Source of the DNA: an uncultured Actinomycetes bacterium
Lineage (GTDB): Bacteria; Actinomycetota; Acidimicrobiia; Acidimicrobiales; RAAP-2
Reading direction: 5' to 3'
NCBI GenBank assembly: GCA_903875425.1
Contig: CAIQWC010000043.1
Span: 2,354-66,353, forward strand
DNA: 64,000 nt
Of this stretch, positions 1 through 8,872 are shown piece after piece; the first letter of the stretch is position 1; each line of letters begins with the position of its first letter. A model generated the notes under the pieces. That model saw only the letters and a program-made list of their open reading frames with translations. It had not been told where the DNA came from and ran no database searches. The translations under genes were made by a program, and so were the position numbers.

Positions 1-1085
1 CGAAGGCCAGTGGCTACCTTCAAGAGTCGGGAATTATTGGAGAAGTTCTGATTGCCGATAACGGGAGCACGGACGGCAGCCAAGAAATCGCTCGCTCGCT
101 AGGCGCGCGTGTGGTCGAGGTTCCCTCTCGGGGCTACGGCAATGCACTCATCGCCGGGATTAACGCCGCTGAGAGTGAGTTCATCGTTATGGGCGATGCT
201 GATGATTCCTACGATTTTTCAAACCTCGACTCCTACATGGCCGCGTTGCGCTCAGGAAGCGACCTCGTAATGGGGAATCGCTTCAAGGGAGGAATCGCTC
301 CTGGAGCCATGCCGATCCTGCACCGTTACCTCGGCAATCCTGTGCTGTCGTTCATCGGACGATTATTTTTTAAGTCCAAGATTGGTGATTTTCACTGCGG
401 TCTAAGAGGCTTTCGTAGAGAATCAATTCGGGATCTGAGTCTCCACTCTGGGGGGATGGAGTTTGCTAGCGAAATGGTCGTCAAGGCCGAGCTGTCGTCA
501 CTCAAGATCATGGAGGTCCCTACTACCTTGCGCCAAGACGGTCGTAGCCGCCCCCCTCACCTCCGAACGTGGAGGGATGGATGGCGCCACCTTCGGTTCT
601 TACTGCTCTATAGCCCTCGATGGTTATTTTTCTACCCAGGCTTATTTTTAATTTTCACCTCATTGCTTGGTGGCATCTTGATTGAAACCGACAAACTGAC
701 GCTTGGTAACGCGCGATTCGGCATAGATAGCTTGGCAGTGGACGCAGCGCTCCTGATTATTGGCGTCCAAGCAGTCTTGTTTTCAGTGCTCACGCACGTC
801 TACGGAGAGCAAGCAGGATTTCTCCCACCCACAAAACGAGTTCATTCGTTTCGATCCGTATTCTCGCTGGAGTCAGGAGTTGGCATTGGTTCGGGACTCA
901 CCCTTATTGGTTTCGCACTCTTGGTTACGGCCTTCGTTGTTTGGCAGCACGCTGGATTTAGTTCACTCAACGTGGTTAGCCAGATGCATCTTGTGATTCC
1001 AGCCGTGACGTTGCTGGTGCTCGGTGTGCAGATCGCACTCTCGAGCACGTTCATGGGGATCTTGCTCATCAAACATCATGATTGA
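1..1085 (+). CDS. Family 2 glycosyltransferase (polyprenyl-phosphate sugar synthase-like) with C-terminal transmembrane helices; 5' end lies outside the window
   Basis: Frame 3 is open from base 3 (KASGYLQESGIIGEVLIADNGSTDGSQEIARSLGARVVEV) and runs into track ORF 111..1085. GT2 hallmarks are ADNGSTDGS, MGDADDSYD (DxD) and GDFHCGLRGF. The last ~140 aa form about four hydrophobic helices. Confidence 0.8.
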   Translation, partial: KASGYLQESGIIGEVLIADNGSTDGSQEIARSLGARVVEVPSRGYGNALIAGINAAESEFIVMGDADDSYDFSNLDSYMAALRSGSDLVMGNRFKGGIAPGAMPILHRYLGNPVLSFIGRLFFKSKIGDFHCGLRGFRRESIRDLSLHSGGMEFASEMVVKAELSSLKIMEVPTTLRQDGRSRPPHLRTWRDGWRHLRFLLLYSPRWLFFYPGLFLIFTSLLGGILIETDKLTLGNARFGIDSLAVDAALLIIGVQAVLFSVLTHVYGEQAGFLPPTKRVHSFRSVFSLESGVGIGSGLTLIGFALLVTAFVVWQHAGFSSLNVVSQMHLVIPAVTLLVLGVQIALSSTFMGILLIKHHD

Positions 1086-2745
1086 ACAACCCGGATCTCA
1101 CCTCGAAGCACGGCGCCTGACCCGACGCGAGATCCAGGCCGGGCTTGGGAGCGATCTATCGGCGCCGGGAAAGTTGGCAGCATCGGCTGGGAGGCCTCAG
1201 ATGCTTCGCTTCGAAGTCGTTGATTTTTTGATCATCGAGATTGCCGCCATCGTGCTGCGAACGTGGATGTGGGCGACCGAAGCTGGTGTTTGGTATTTCC
1301 CAGACTCAAACATCTACATCTACGCGCATCAGTTTCCCGTTTACGCGTCGTCTCGTCCTGGCGCTATTTCAACGCTGTGGTACGACGTCACTTTTGGCGT
1401 CTTTGATGCTCGCGCGTTGGTGGTGGCGCAGTTCATTGCCGGCCTTATCGCGGTCGCGATGATCTACGATCTGCTACGAAGGCTTGTTCATCGCTACGCA
1501 GCGCTAGCGGGTGGATTGATCTTTGCTCTGTTTCCGATGGTCGCTATTTATGAGCGTACGGTGATGGCCGAAGCTTTTGCGCTTGATTTCCTCGTCGCTG
1601 GGTTTTGGACGCTCGCCGTGAGTTTTATGGCCCGATCATGGTGGATCCGACTCCCCGCGATAATTCTTGCTTTGGGATCGTTTGGAGTCGCCGCGGTGCT
1701 TCGATCCGCACTAGTCATACCGACCATTGCGGTAATTGTCGTCGGAAGTGTGGTCTGGTTAGTCAGAGAGCAAGGTCGACGGCTGCAACCCTTAGTAGTA
1801 GGACGAAGCCTTGCCGCCCTGGTACTAGGCGGACTTTTATTCGCAGCGCCCCTGGAAGCACAAATGAACACGGCACAAACTTCAGTGGGTCTGCATACTC
1901 TTAACCCGTTGACCGGATCTTTTCTCGCTGCTCGATGGACCAAGATCATCCCCTGCACTTCCGAGAAGGCTACCTTGCGACTGGTTAAGCGCAGCTTGAA
2001 ACAACTCTGTCGCGATAAGCGATTCACCGAACAAGTACCCGGGTATTCGATGAACTTGGTTTGGTACGCGAAAACGCCTATTGGTAAGACCGTATTTGTT
2101 AATCATCACTTCGCACAAACCCAGCAAGAACTTCAGGCCATTGCCATGAAAGCCATCGAACAGCATCCTGGCTTCGTAGCATCGAGTATGGCAGCGGTAG
2201 TAGCGAACGAACTTTTTTCCACCCCGTACCTTGATGCAGTTGATTACAACAACGGATATAAACTCTTTGCTTACTCCTCCTACCGACATCATCCAGCGGT
2301 GTTGAAGGAGTTCCTGCAGGTCAATGTCAAACCAGCGAAAGGCACTAACCGTCTCTTACAGTCAATGGCGATTTCTACTGCACGTTGGCCCCAATATTTA
2401 TTCTGGGTAGTTCTCGCTGGATTGCTGGTCCGAAGTGCATGGTGGCTGCAAGGTGTTCTCAGAAGGACGCGACACACGGTCACGAGAGATCCAGAGCAGA
2501 GTGCTTATCTCTGGGGACGGTGGGCAATGGTGTTAGCTGCGTGGATCTTTTTGTTTGCGTATGTTCTCGGTATCGCATTTAGCGCATTTGCCGTCTTTCG
2601 CTACAACCTGATGCTTCTACCCTCACTGATGATTTTGCTTACCTGCGTATGGACGAGACCGGTAGTCCTGAACGCTGGGGAGCACCATGGGGACGACCGA
2701 AGCGATTCGCATAATTCAGTGCATCGAGTGGCGAACAGTAGTTGA
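1078..2745 (+). CDS. Polytopic membrane protein, possibly a GT-C-type glycosyltransferase (function uncertain)
   Basis: Track ORF 1024..2745. The in-frame ATG at 1078 overlaps the upstream stop (ATGATTGA). It has many hydrophobic segments, a ~170-aa soluble loop and C-terminal helices. The functional guess rests only on topology and the adjacent GT2. Confidence 0.5.
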   Translation: MIEQPGSHLEARRLTRREIQAGLGSDLSAPGKLAASAGRPQMLRFEVVDFLIIEIAAIVLRTWMWATEAGVWYFPDSNIYIYAHQFPVYASSRPGAISTLWYDVTFGVFDARALVVAQFIAGLIAVAMIYDLLRRLVHRYAALAGGLIFALFPMVAIYERTVMAEAFALDFLVAGFWTLAVSFMARSWWIRLPAIILALGSFGVAAVLRSALVIPTIAVIVVGSVVWLVREQGRRLQPLVVGRSLAALVLGGLLFAAPLEAQMNTAQTSVGLHTLNPLTGSFLAARWTKIIPCTSEKATLRLVKRSLKQLCRDKRFTEQVPGYSMNLVWYAKTPIGKTVFVNHHFAQTQQELQAIAMKAIEQHPGFVASSMAAVVANELFSTPYLDAVDYNNGYKLFAYSSYRHHPAVLKEFLQVNVKPAKGTNRLLQSMAISTARWPQYLFWVVLAGLLVRSAWWLQGVLRRTRHTVTRDPEQSAYLWGRWAMVLAAWIFLFAYVLGIAFSAFAVFRYNLMLLPSLMILLTCVWTRPVVLNAGEHHGDDRSDSHNSVHRVANSS

Positions 2746-2785
2746 GAGGTCTCTTAGACTCTACTGAGTAGTGAGGAAGGATCAC

Positions 2786-3202
2786 ATGGCACGCGTTAAT
2801 ACCTACCTAAATTTCATGGGCAACACCGAAGAAGCGTTCACGTTGTATCAGCGTGCCTTTGGCGGGGAGCTTCGAGGATTAATGCGTTTTGGTGACATGC
2901 CAGAAGGCCCGGGGATTAGCGAGGATGACGAGGACAAGATTCTTCACGTAGAACTCGATATCGTCGGCGGCCATACCCTTATGGCGACCGACATGCTCGC
3001 ATCCATGGGCCACGACCTACGAATTGGTAATAATGTCTCGATTTCGTTAGTGGTCGATAGTCGCGAAGAAGCGGATGAGTTGTACGCAATTCTCAGTGAA
3101 GGTTCAAGCGACGGCACGGGCTTAAGCGAGATGTTTTGGGGATACTGGGGTACTTGTCTCGACCGTTTCGGCATCCGATGGATGTTTACCGTACCCCAAT
3201 GA
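2786..3202 (+). CDS. VOC/glyoxalase-fold protein (PhnB/YjdN-like)
   Basis: ATG at 2786 is preceded by GGAAGGA. The sequence MARVNTYLNFMGNTEEAFTLYQRAFGG...ILHVELDIVGGHTLMATD...MFWGYWGTCLDRFGIRWMF is typical of the PhnB-like VOC family. Confidence 0.7.
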   Translation: MARVNTYLNFMGNTEEAFTLYQRAFGGELRGLMRFGDMPEGPGISEDDEDKILHVELDIVGGHTLMATDMLASMGHDLRIGNNVSISLVVDSREEADELYAILSEGSSDGTGLSEMFWGYWGTCLDRFGIRWMFTVPQ

Positions 3203-4668
3203 CCGAAGATACTGCCTTGCAGGAATTAGACACGGCCCTTCTTGGTCATAGCGATGCTTGGTACCGCCGCACTGACCCCTTTGGGTTGGTCGCCTTCATC
3301 CTCGGATCCATTCCCGGTTTCTTTGTCGTTGGTAATTTTGGCTTTGCCGACGATTACGGCCAAATGTCACTCACTCAGCAACAGATACTTGGCTGGGCAA
3401 AGTCCATGGTGGGTTGTGGACGGCCCGTGCAGTTAGTGGCCCTCGCGATTTGGAAATGCTTCCCCTCGATTAGCGATCTATGGGGTTATCACGTCGTCGC
3501 TGCGCTTGTCGGTGGCCTCTGCGCGTGGACACTCTACGCATTTATTCGCAGTCTTGGGAGAAGCGCTGCGAGTTCGCTCTTTATTGGTCTTGGTTCCTTG
3601 TGTTTAGTCCCCGGTTTCTTAATCCAAATTGCCTGGCTTCAGATGTTCCCGTTTTTACTCGCGTCTGTGGCAAGCATCACCGGAGCGCGATGGCTCATCG
3701 AGGCAAAGCATCGGCCGTGGATTTCAGGACTACTCTTCGCCCTAGCGTGGCTTTGCTATCAGCCTTCAGCGCTCATCGGTATCATCCTGATCGCCGCCAC
3801 CCCTTTTCTCGCCATGAGCGATGTGGCCATGAACTCATGGCGGCAGTTGTGGTGGAGACGCTTAGTGCAAGCCTCGATACCGCTAGCCGTCGCCGGGATA
3901 GCCTCCGTGATCATGGTGAAGATTGCTGTTGCGGCCCACTGGGCCAAGGCGGGCGGTCGCCATCAGTTCTTGGGCAATGTATCGGGCCACATCCATGCAT
4001 GGCTCCATAACCAGTTGCCGATGACCTTTCGACTCTGGAGCCCCTTTGGTCTTTCGCACCGGGTTCTTGTAATCGAATTAATCTTCGGGCTGATAACCGT
4101 AGGGGTGGCACTTCGTCGCCGGCGAGTGCTTGAATCTGTGATTGCTGTTTTGTTCATGGGAGCGGGTAGCTATCTTCTCGCCTTTGCGACTGCCGCCTTT
4201 GACGCAGATGCTCGAGCTCTTGTTGCGTCACAGGTGGCGGTGGCGCTCATGGCGTTGACTGGTATGGCGCTGACGGTTGAATGGGCTCTCGCGCGATGGA
4301 GATCGCTCAGTGTGGCACTGCTCGTGGCCATGAGTGTGCTCCTGAGCGTGCACGCAAGCATGCTGTTGCGTAATGACTACGCCAGGCCCAACAAGGTTGA
4401 ACTCCACCTCATTAGCCAAGCATTGAACTCCAAAAAGTGCAGGAATCTCGACTACATCGTGCTTGCTCATTCGCCGACGTCAGCACTGGGTCCCGCTGAA
4501 GCAAATGAGTTTGGTTCACCGACGACGAAGGCTCCGTGGATGTCACAGAAATTAGTTCAATTGGTCTGTGCTGCGGCAGGAGTTCCCCACCTTGCGCTTC
4601 CGCACGTGGTGAACAGTGTTACTCAACCAGCTCGGACGCTCGATTTCAACACTTTGCTCAATCCTTGA
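3199..4668 (+). CDS. Polytopic membrane protein, GT-C/GtrII-like putative glycosyltransferase (function uncertain)
   Basis: Track ORF 3136..4668. The in-frame ATG at 3199 forms an ATGA overlap with the VOC gene stop. It has more than 10 hydrophobic helices and an acidic FGFADDYGQ motif in the first predicted loop, as seen in GT-C enzymes. Confidence 0.5.
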   Translation: MTEDTALQELDTALLGHSDAWYRRTDPFGLVAFILGSIPGFFVVGNFGFADDYGQMSLTQQQILGWAKSMVGCGRPVQLVALAIWKCFPSISDLWGYHVVAALVGGLCAWTLYAFIRSLGRSAASSLFIGLGSLCLVPGFLIQIAWLQMFPFLLASVASITGARWLIEAKHRPWISGLLFALAWLCYQPSALIGIILIAATPFLAMSDVAMNSWRQLWWRRLVQASIPLAVAGIASVIMVKIAVAAHWAKAGGRHQFLGNVSGHIHAWLHNQLPMTFRLWSPFGLSHRVLVIELIFGLITVGVALRRRRVLESVIAVLFMGAGSYLLAFATAAFDADARALVASQVAVALMALTGMALTVEWALARWRSLSVALLVAMSVLLSVHASMLLRNDYARPNKVELHLISQALNSKKCRNLDYIVLAHSPTSALGPAEANEFGSPTTKAPWMSQKLVQLVCAAAGVPHLALPHVVNSVTQPARTLDFNTLLNP

Positions 4669-4732
4669 GCACCGGCGTAGTGCTTCCTCACCGGCGATTA
4701 GCATGGCGGGCAGTTGATCTCGAGGGGGACCT

Positions 4733-5905
4733 ATGGCACAAGCGTGGTTTGAAACCGTTGCAGAAGCGCAACGTCGAGCTCAAAAGCGCCTCCCCTCTTC
4801 GGTGTACTCGGCGCTGATTGCGGGTTCTGAGAAGGGCCGTAGTTCCTCAGACAATCTTGATGCCTTTGATGAACTTGGTTTTGCCCCTCATGTGGCGAAT
4901 CTTCCCCGAAACCGCGATCTAACGACGACGGTCATGGGTCTCAACCTACCGATGCCGATAGTAATTTCGCCCACGGGGGTTCAAGCCGTTCACCCTGATG
5001 GTGAGGTAGCCGTGGCTCGAGCGGCGGTCGCTCGGGGGATCCCCATGGGTTTATCGAGCTTTGCTTCGAAATCCATCGAGGACGTATCGGCGACCGGTGC
5101 TTCGGTCTTGTTCCAGATGTACTGGTCAGGAACGCGAGATCAAATGCTGGAGCGGCTTGACCGAGCAAAGCGTGCTGGCGCAAAGGCGATCATTGTGACG
5201 CTCGATTGGAGCTTTTCCAATGGCCGAGATTGGGGCAGTCCTTGGATCCCCGATAAGCTTGGTCTCAAGAACATGATCAAGCTTGCACCTCAGGGCTTGA
5301 GCCGTCCGTCTTGGCTGTGGTCTTGGGTCAAGTCAGGAGCGCTACCAACGCTGGGAACGCCCAACATGGCAGCGGCGGGTGAGACGGTCCCGACCTTCTT
5401 CGGTGCTTACTACGAATGGATGCAGACGCCTTTACCCACGTGGGAGGACCTTGCTTGGTTGCGTAGCGCGTGGGAGGGACCTTTCTTAGTAAAGGGCGTT
5501 TGCCGCGTCGATGATGCAAAGCGAGTTCGTGACCTTGGAGCAACAGCCTTATCGGTGTCAAACCATGGCGGTAATAACGTTGACTCGACGCCGTCACCAT
5601 TGCGGGCACTAGCAGCCGTAGTCGACGTAGTGGGTTCAGAGATAGACGTGTTGCTCGATGGCGGTGTGCGTCGTGGTGGCGATGTCGTAAAGGCTGTCTC
5701 GCTAGGCGCGAAGGCAGTCATGATTGGTCGGGCCTATCTCTGGGGACTCGCGGCCAATGGACAAGCGGGTGTCGAAAACGTACTCGATGTGCTCCGATCA
5801 GGTATCGACTCGACCATGACCGGCATCGGGGCAGCTTCTGTTCGTGAACTCAGCCGGGCGGATGTCGTCGCGCCCAAAGACTTCCACCGCTGCTTAGGCG
5901 CCTAA
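4733..5905 (+). CDS. FMN-dependent alpha-hydroxy-acid dehydrogenase/oxidase (LldD/MftD-like)
   Basis: The N-terminus MAQAWFETVAEAQRRAQKRLPSSVYSALIAGSEKG resembles the mycobacterial LldD1/MftD type. It is a TIM-barrel FMN family member (SNHGGNN, LLDGGVRRGGDVVKA). Confidence 0.8.
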   Translation: MAQAWFETVAEAQRRAQKRLPSSVYSALIAGSEKGRSSSDNLDAFDELGFAPHVANLPRNRDLTTTVMGLNLPMPIVISPTGVQAVHPDGEVAVARAAVARGIPMGLSSFASKSIEDVSATGASVLFQMYWSGTRDQMLERLDRAKRAGAKAIIVTLDWSFSNGRDWGSPWIPDKLGLKNMIKLAPQGLSRPSWLWSWVKSGALPTLGTPNMAAAGETVPTFFGAYYEWMQTPLPTWEDLAWLRSAWEGPFLVKGVCRVDDAKRVRDLGATALSVSNHGGNNVDSTPSPLRALAAVVDVVGSEIDVLLDGGVRRGGDVVKAVSLGAKAVMIGRAYLWGLAANGQAGVENVLDVLRSGIDSTMTGIGAASVRELSRADVVAPKDFHRCLGA

Positions 5906-7287
5906 AGCGCCGGTCCCTTTTCAAGCGTCACGACTGAGCTGTGTTGAGATCCGGAGGCGTCAGTCCACAACACCGTAATCTTGGAGCCAGGATGAAAACG
6001 AACCATGAGGTTCGTGAGATCGCCGCTTTGGGCGAGCGCAACGCCGTTCACACGCAAGATTGTTGAGCCATTCCCCATTCCTGCTCGCGCGGCTGGTGAG
6101 TTATCCAGGGCCCCGAGGAGTGGCACGCCAGTGCCCGAGGTCGGTTGAGCGCTTGCTTCGACGCCGAGGAATCCTGTTTCGCCGATGTGGATGGTGTCCG
6201 AGCGTTGACCCGTGGCGATCTGGTGAGCAATTCGGAGAGCTTGATTGATAGGGATGGCGAATCCCTGAGCGGAACCGCTCGAAAATTGGAAACTCGTTGA
6301 TGCCGCGGTATCGATACCAATTATTTTCCCTTGCATAGAGACGAGCGGACCGCCAGAGTCACCAGGTTGAATTGGCGCGTTGGTTTGAATGAGATTGGAG
6401 AGAGTTTCTGCATTGGAACCGTTCCCATCCGTGGCGGTGATGGACTGGTTAAGAGCGGTAATGGAACCGGCGGCGTGCGAAGGGGCACCGCCGACACCAC
6501 CGGCGTTTCCAACGCCAACGATGGATTCACCGACAGCCGCAAAGGAAGAATTCCCAATAGGGTCAACCGCGAGGTTGCTCGCATTTGTCGCTTTAAGGAC
6601 CGCGATATCGCGACTGCGATCGTAGCCAACAATCGTGGCAGCGTAGGTCTTCCCGTCACCAATATCGGTCACGCTCACCGCCGTCGCACCGTCGATGACG
6701 TGATTGTTGGTTAAAATGTAGCCATTCGACGTCAATACGATTCCCGTTCCGGCGGCAGCAGCCTGCTGAAGTCCTATCGTGGTGTTGACGTCGACGAGCC
6801 CAGGGCTGATCGCACTAGCGACAGCGGACACCGCACTCTCGCTTGCTGCACCTTGGCCTGTTTGCGTGCTGGCACTCCCCGACGAGCCTGAAGCACCTGA
6901 ATCCCCTAAGGGGCCGGAGCCTCCACTCGCGCCCCCAAAGGGATTAACGCTCTGACCAGAACTACCAGACGAGGGGCTGAGAGCGCTTTGGTTGCTCGTG
7001 GGCCACAGGGAGTGACCGATCGCCGCTCCGAGTACTAGCGCAGCGGCTACGGCGACAACTCCTATGAGCGTTAAGGCGCGGCGGCCGCGCGGCATTGCGG
7101 CGGCGTGAGCTGGGCCGTGATTCTTTTCTGGAGCCCGAAAGGGGAAATTCGACGTTTGGTCGTCAGCCCAAAGCTCCCAGCTGTTACTCGCCCCCATGAA
7201 AGGCACGGGAGAGGAAGCCGCCTCGTCCGAAGGTTTGCCTGTGCGGCCGTTGTCATGTGCTTCGAAGGGGTTGTGGTTCTGATCCAT
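5902..7287 (-). CDS. HtrA/DegP-family trypsin-like serine protease with C-terminal PDZ domain, membrane anchored
   Basis: Catalytic triad contexts are LTNNHVIDG (His), SRDIAVLKA (Asp) and IQPGDSGGPLV (Ser). A TM anchor LTLIGVVAVAAALVLGAAIG is followed by a Ser/Gly-rich linker and a PDZ-like C-terminus. Confidence 0.85.
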   Translation of the reverse strand: MDQNHNPFEAHDNGRTGKPSDEAASSPVPFMGASNSWELWADDQTSNFPFRAPEKNHGPAHAAAMPRGRRALTLIGVVAVAAALVLGAAIGHSLWPTSNQSALSPSSGSSGQSVNPFGGASGGSGPLGDSGASGSSGSASTQTGQGAASESAVSAVASAISPGLVDVNTTIGLQQAAAAGTGIVLTSNGYILTNNHVIDGATAVSVTDIGDGKTYAATIVGYDRSRDIAVLKATNASNLAVDPIGNSSFAAVGESIVGVGNAGGVGGAPSHAAGSITALNQSITATDGNGSNAETLSNLIQTNAPIQPGDSGGPLVSMQGKIIGIDTAASTSFQFSSGSAQGFAIPINQALRIAHQIATGQRSDTIHIGETGFLGVEASAQPTSGTGVPLLGALDNSPAARAGMGNGSTILRVNGVALAQSGDLTNLMVRFHPGSKITVLWTDASGSQHSSVVTLEKGPAL

Positions 7288-7372
7288 GGGTCACCGTGGC
7301 CTTTCTTCGATTTCTCTTCGTCCCATTCAAGCCTGTGTAGCCCTGATTATCAGCGCACAACCTAAGACCTTG

Positions 7373-7882
7373 TTAAGACTTAGAAAGATCCACCTCGACG
7401 ATTGCGCCGGTATCAACATCAAACACGAAACCGCGAAGCCCGGTGTGGCTCAACTCGGGTTCTCCATTGAGGCGGTGAGCGGTAAGGCGTACATTCGCGT
7501 AGACGTCACTGAATGAACCAAATACGCGGTGAGAGGGCTGCTTGGTATCGTCGCTCAGTTCGCTTCGTAAGGATTCCTCGTCGAGCCCTTCGAGACCGCA
7601 GCGCGTGTGTTGGATCACCATAATCTCCCGGGTCCCCAACTTACGCTGAGAGAGAATCAGAGATCGAACGGCGTCATCGGTGTCGAGTCCGCCGGCGTTT
7701 CGGATGATGTGAGCCTCGCCGAGATCGAGGCCCAGGGCGCCAAAAAGATCAAGGCGCGAGTCCATGCACGTCAAGATGGCGAGACGCTTTTGTGGTTCGG
7801 TAGGCAGCTGGCGCACGCCATGGCGTGCCACGTAGTCAGCATTGTGGGATACAAACTCTGAGATGGGATCCATGCCCTCCAT
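7373..7882 (-). CDS. Beta-class carbonic anhydrase
   Basis: Zn-ligand motifs CMDSRLD and HTRCG. The track ORF extends to 7936, but internal ATGs at 7882/7873 (the latter behind GGAGGG) avoid overlap with the divergent gene. The start is uncertain. Confidence 0.8.
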   Translation of the reverse strand: MEGMDPISEFVSHNADYVARHGVRQLPTEPQKRLAILTCMDSRLDLFGALGLDLGEAHIIRNAGGLDTDDAVRSLILSQRKLGTREIMVIQHTRCGLEGLDEESLRSELSDDTKQPSHRVFGSFSDVYANVRLTAHRLNGEPELSHTGLRGFVFDVDTGAIVEVDLSKS

Positions 7883-7934
7883 TATGATGGAACAGCGAAG
7901 TGCTCGTAGGTGCCCAGTCGGTAACCTTAGAGGC

Positions 7935-8519
7935 ATGGAGCTCCTTGGACGAATTGATCCCTCCCTGCCCCTCCTTGTGGTGGCTGTTGCGCTCGAGGCT
8001 CAAGAGATTCATACCGATTTACCAATTTTGATCACCGGGGTCGGCAAAGTGGCATCGGGCCAAGCCATCATGGAGACGCTCGCCGGCTTACCCCAAACGC
8101 ATCGCCCGAAGCAGGTGATTAACCTCGGCACGGCCGGTGCTCTCGTCGACGACATTGAGGGTACCCATGTTATTGGTCGTGTCCTTCAGCACGATCTTGA
8201 CGGCGTCGCTATCGAAGCGTTGACGGGAGAAAATCCAACGCCTGACCTAGTCCTTGGAAACGGACCAACGCTGGCGACTGGTGATCGATTTATTTCACGC
8301 CAACGCGATAGAGAACAGCTAGCCCGTCGTGCACAACTCGTGGATATGGAGGGCTACGCAATAGCCAGCGCAGCCCACCGTCTTGGTATTAGCGTGACCT
8401 TGGTTAAGCACGTAAGTGACCGCGCTAACGAAGCCGCTGCGGGGATATGGGCTGACGTTGTTACGACGTGTAGTCGTCACTTAGGAATATGGCTCCAAGA
8501 GCAGAACTTTGCTTTATAG
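7935..8519 (+). CDS. PNP_UDP_1-family nucleosidase (MTA/SAH nucleosidase or futalosine hydrolase-like)
   Basis: ITGVGKVASG, NLGTAGAL and VDMEGYAIASAA motifs. The start is taken at ATG 7935 (MELLGRID). The track ORF starts at 7842. Confidence 0.6.
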   Translation: MELLGRIDPSLPLLVVAVALEAQEIHTDLPILITGVGKVASGQAIMETLAGLPQTHRPKQVINLGTAGALVDDIEGTHVIGRVLQHDLDGVAIEALTGENPTPDLVLGNGPTLATGDRFISRQRDREQLARRAQLVDMEGYAIASAAHRLGISVTLVKHVSDRANEAAAGIWADVVTTCSRHLGIWLQEQNFAL

Positions 8520-8533
8520 AAAGGCCGATAGCT

Positions 8534-8872
8534 ATGGATCACCACCACGTCAGCGACGAACTTCGGGAGTCAGGAAAGAACCTTCGAGACCTCATTCCTG
8601 AGACCTATCGGGCCTTCGCGGCGCTGAGCCGTGAGGTCATGACGGAAGGAGATCTAGGCCGCGCGACCAAGGAACTGATTGCTCTCGCCATTGCTGCAAC
8701 TCGAGAGTGTGATGGTTGTATCGGCGCGCATGCTCGGAATGCCGTGACGGCAGGACTAACTCGTCAAGAAGTAGCTGAAGCGATGGGCGTAGTCATCCTC
8801 ATGAATGGTGGTCCGGGAACGGTCTGGGGGGCTCGAGCCCTTGAAGCATTCGATCAATACTCGGCGCCTTAG
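8534..8872 (+). CDS. Carboxymuconolactone decarboxylase / AhpD-like peroxidase family protein
   Basis: CxxC motif in the typical context ATRECDGCIGAHA. Small helical protein. ATG at 8534. Confidence 0.7.
   Translation: MDHHHVSDELRESGKNLRDLIPETYRAFAALSREVMTEGDLGRATKELIALAIAATRECDGCIGAHARNAVTAGLTRQEVAEAMGVVILMNGGPGTVWGARALEAFDQYSAP

Noticed and set aside
1548-2027. Numerous 60-180-aa antisense or out-of-frame ORFs inside large genes, for example 1548..2027, 6321..6662, 24264..24815, 40113..40607 and 41701..42231.
   Set aside because: They are typical shadow ORFs of GC-rich coding DNA. They sit within genes that have strong family signatures, and their products are Arg/Ser/Pro-rich and non-protein-like.
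4733-5905. A mycofactocin biosynthesis locus.
   Set aside because: Only the MftD-like oxidase is present. No radical SAM gene, precursor peptide or other mft genes are in the neighbourhood.
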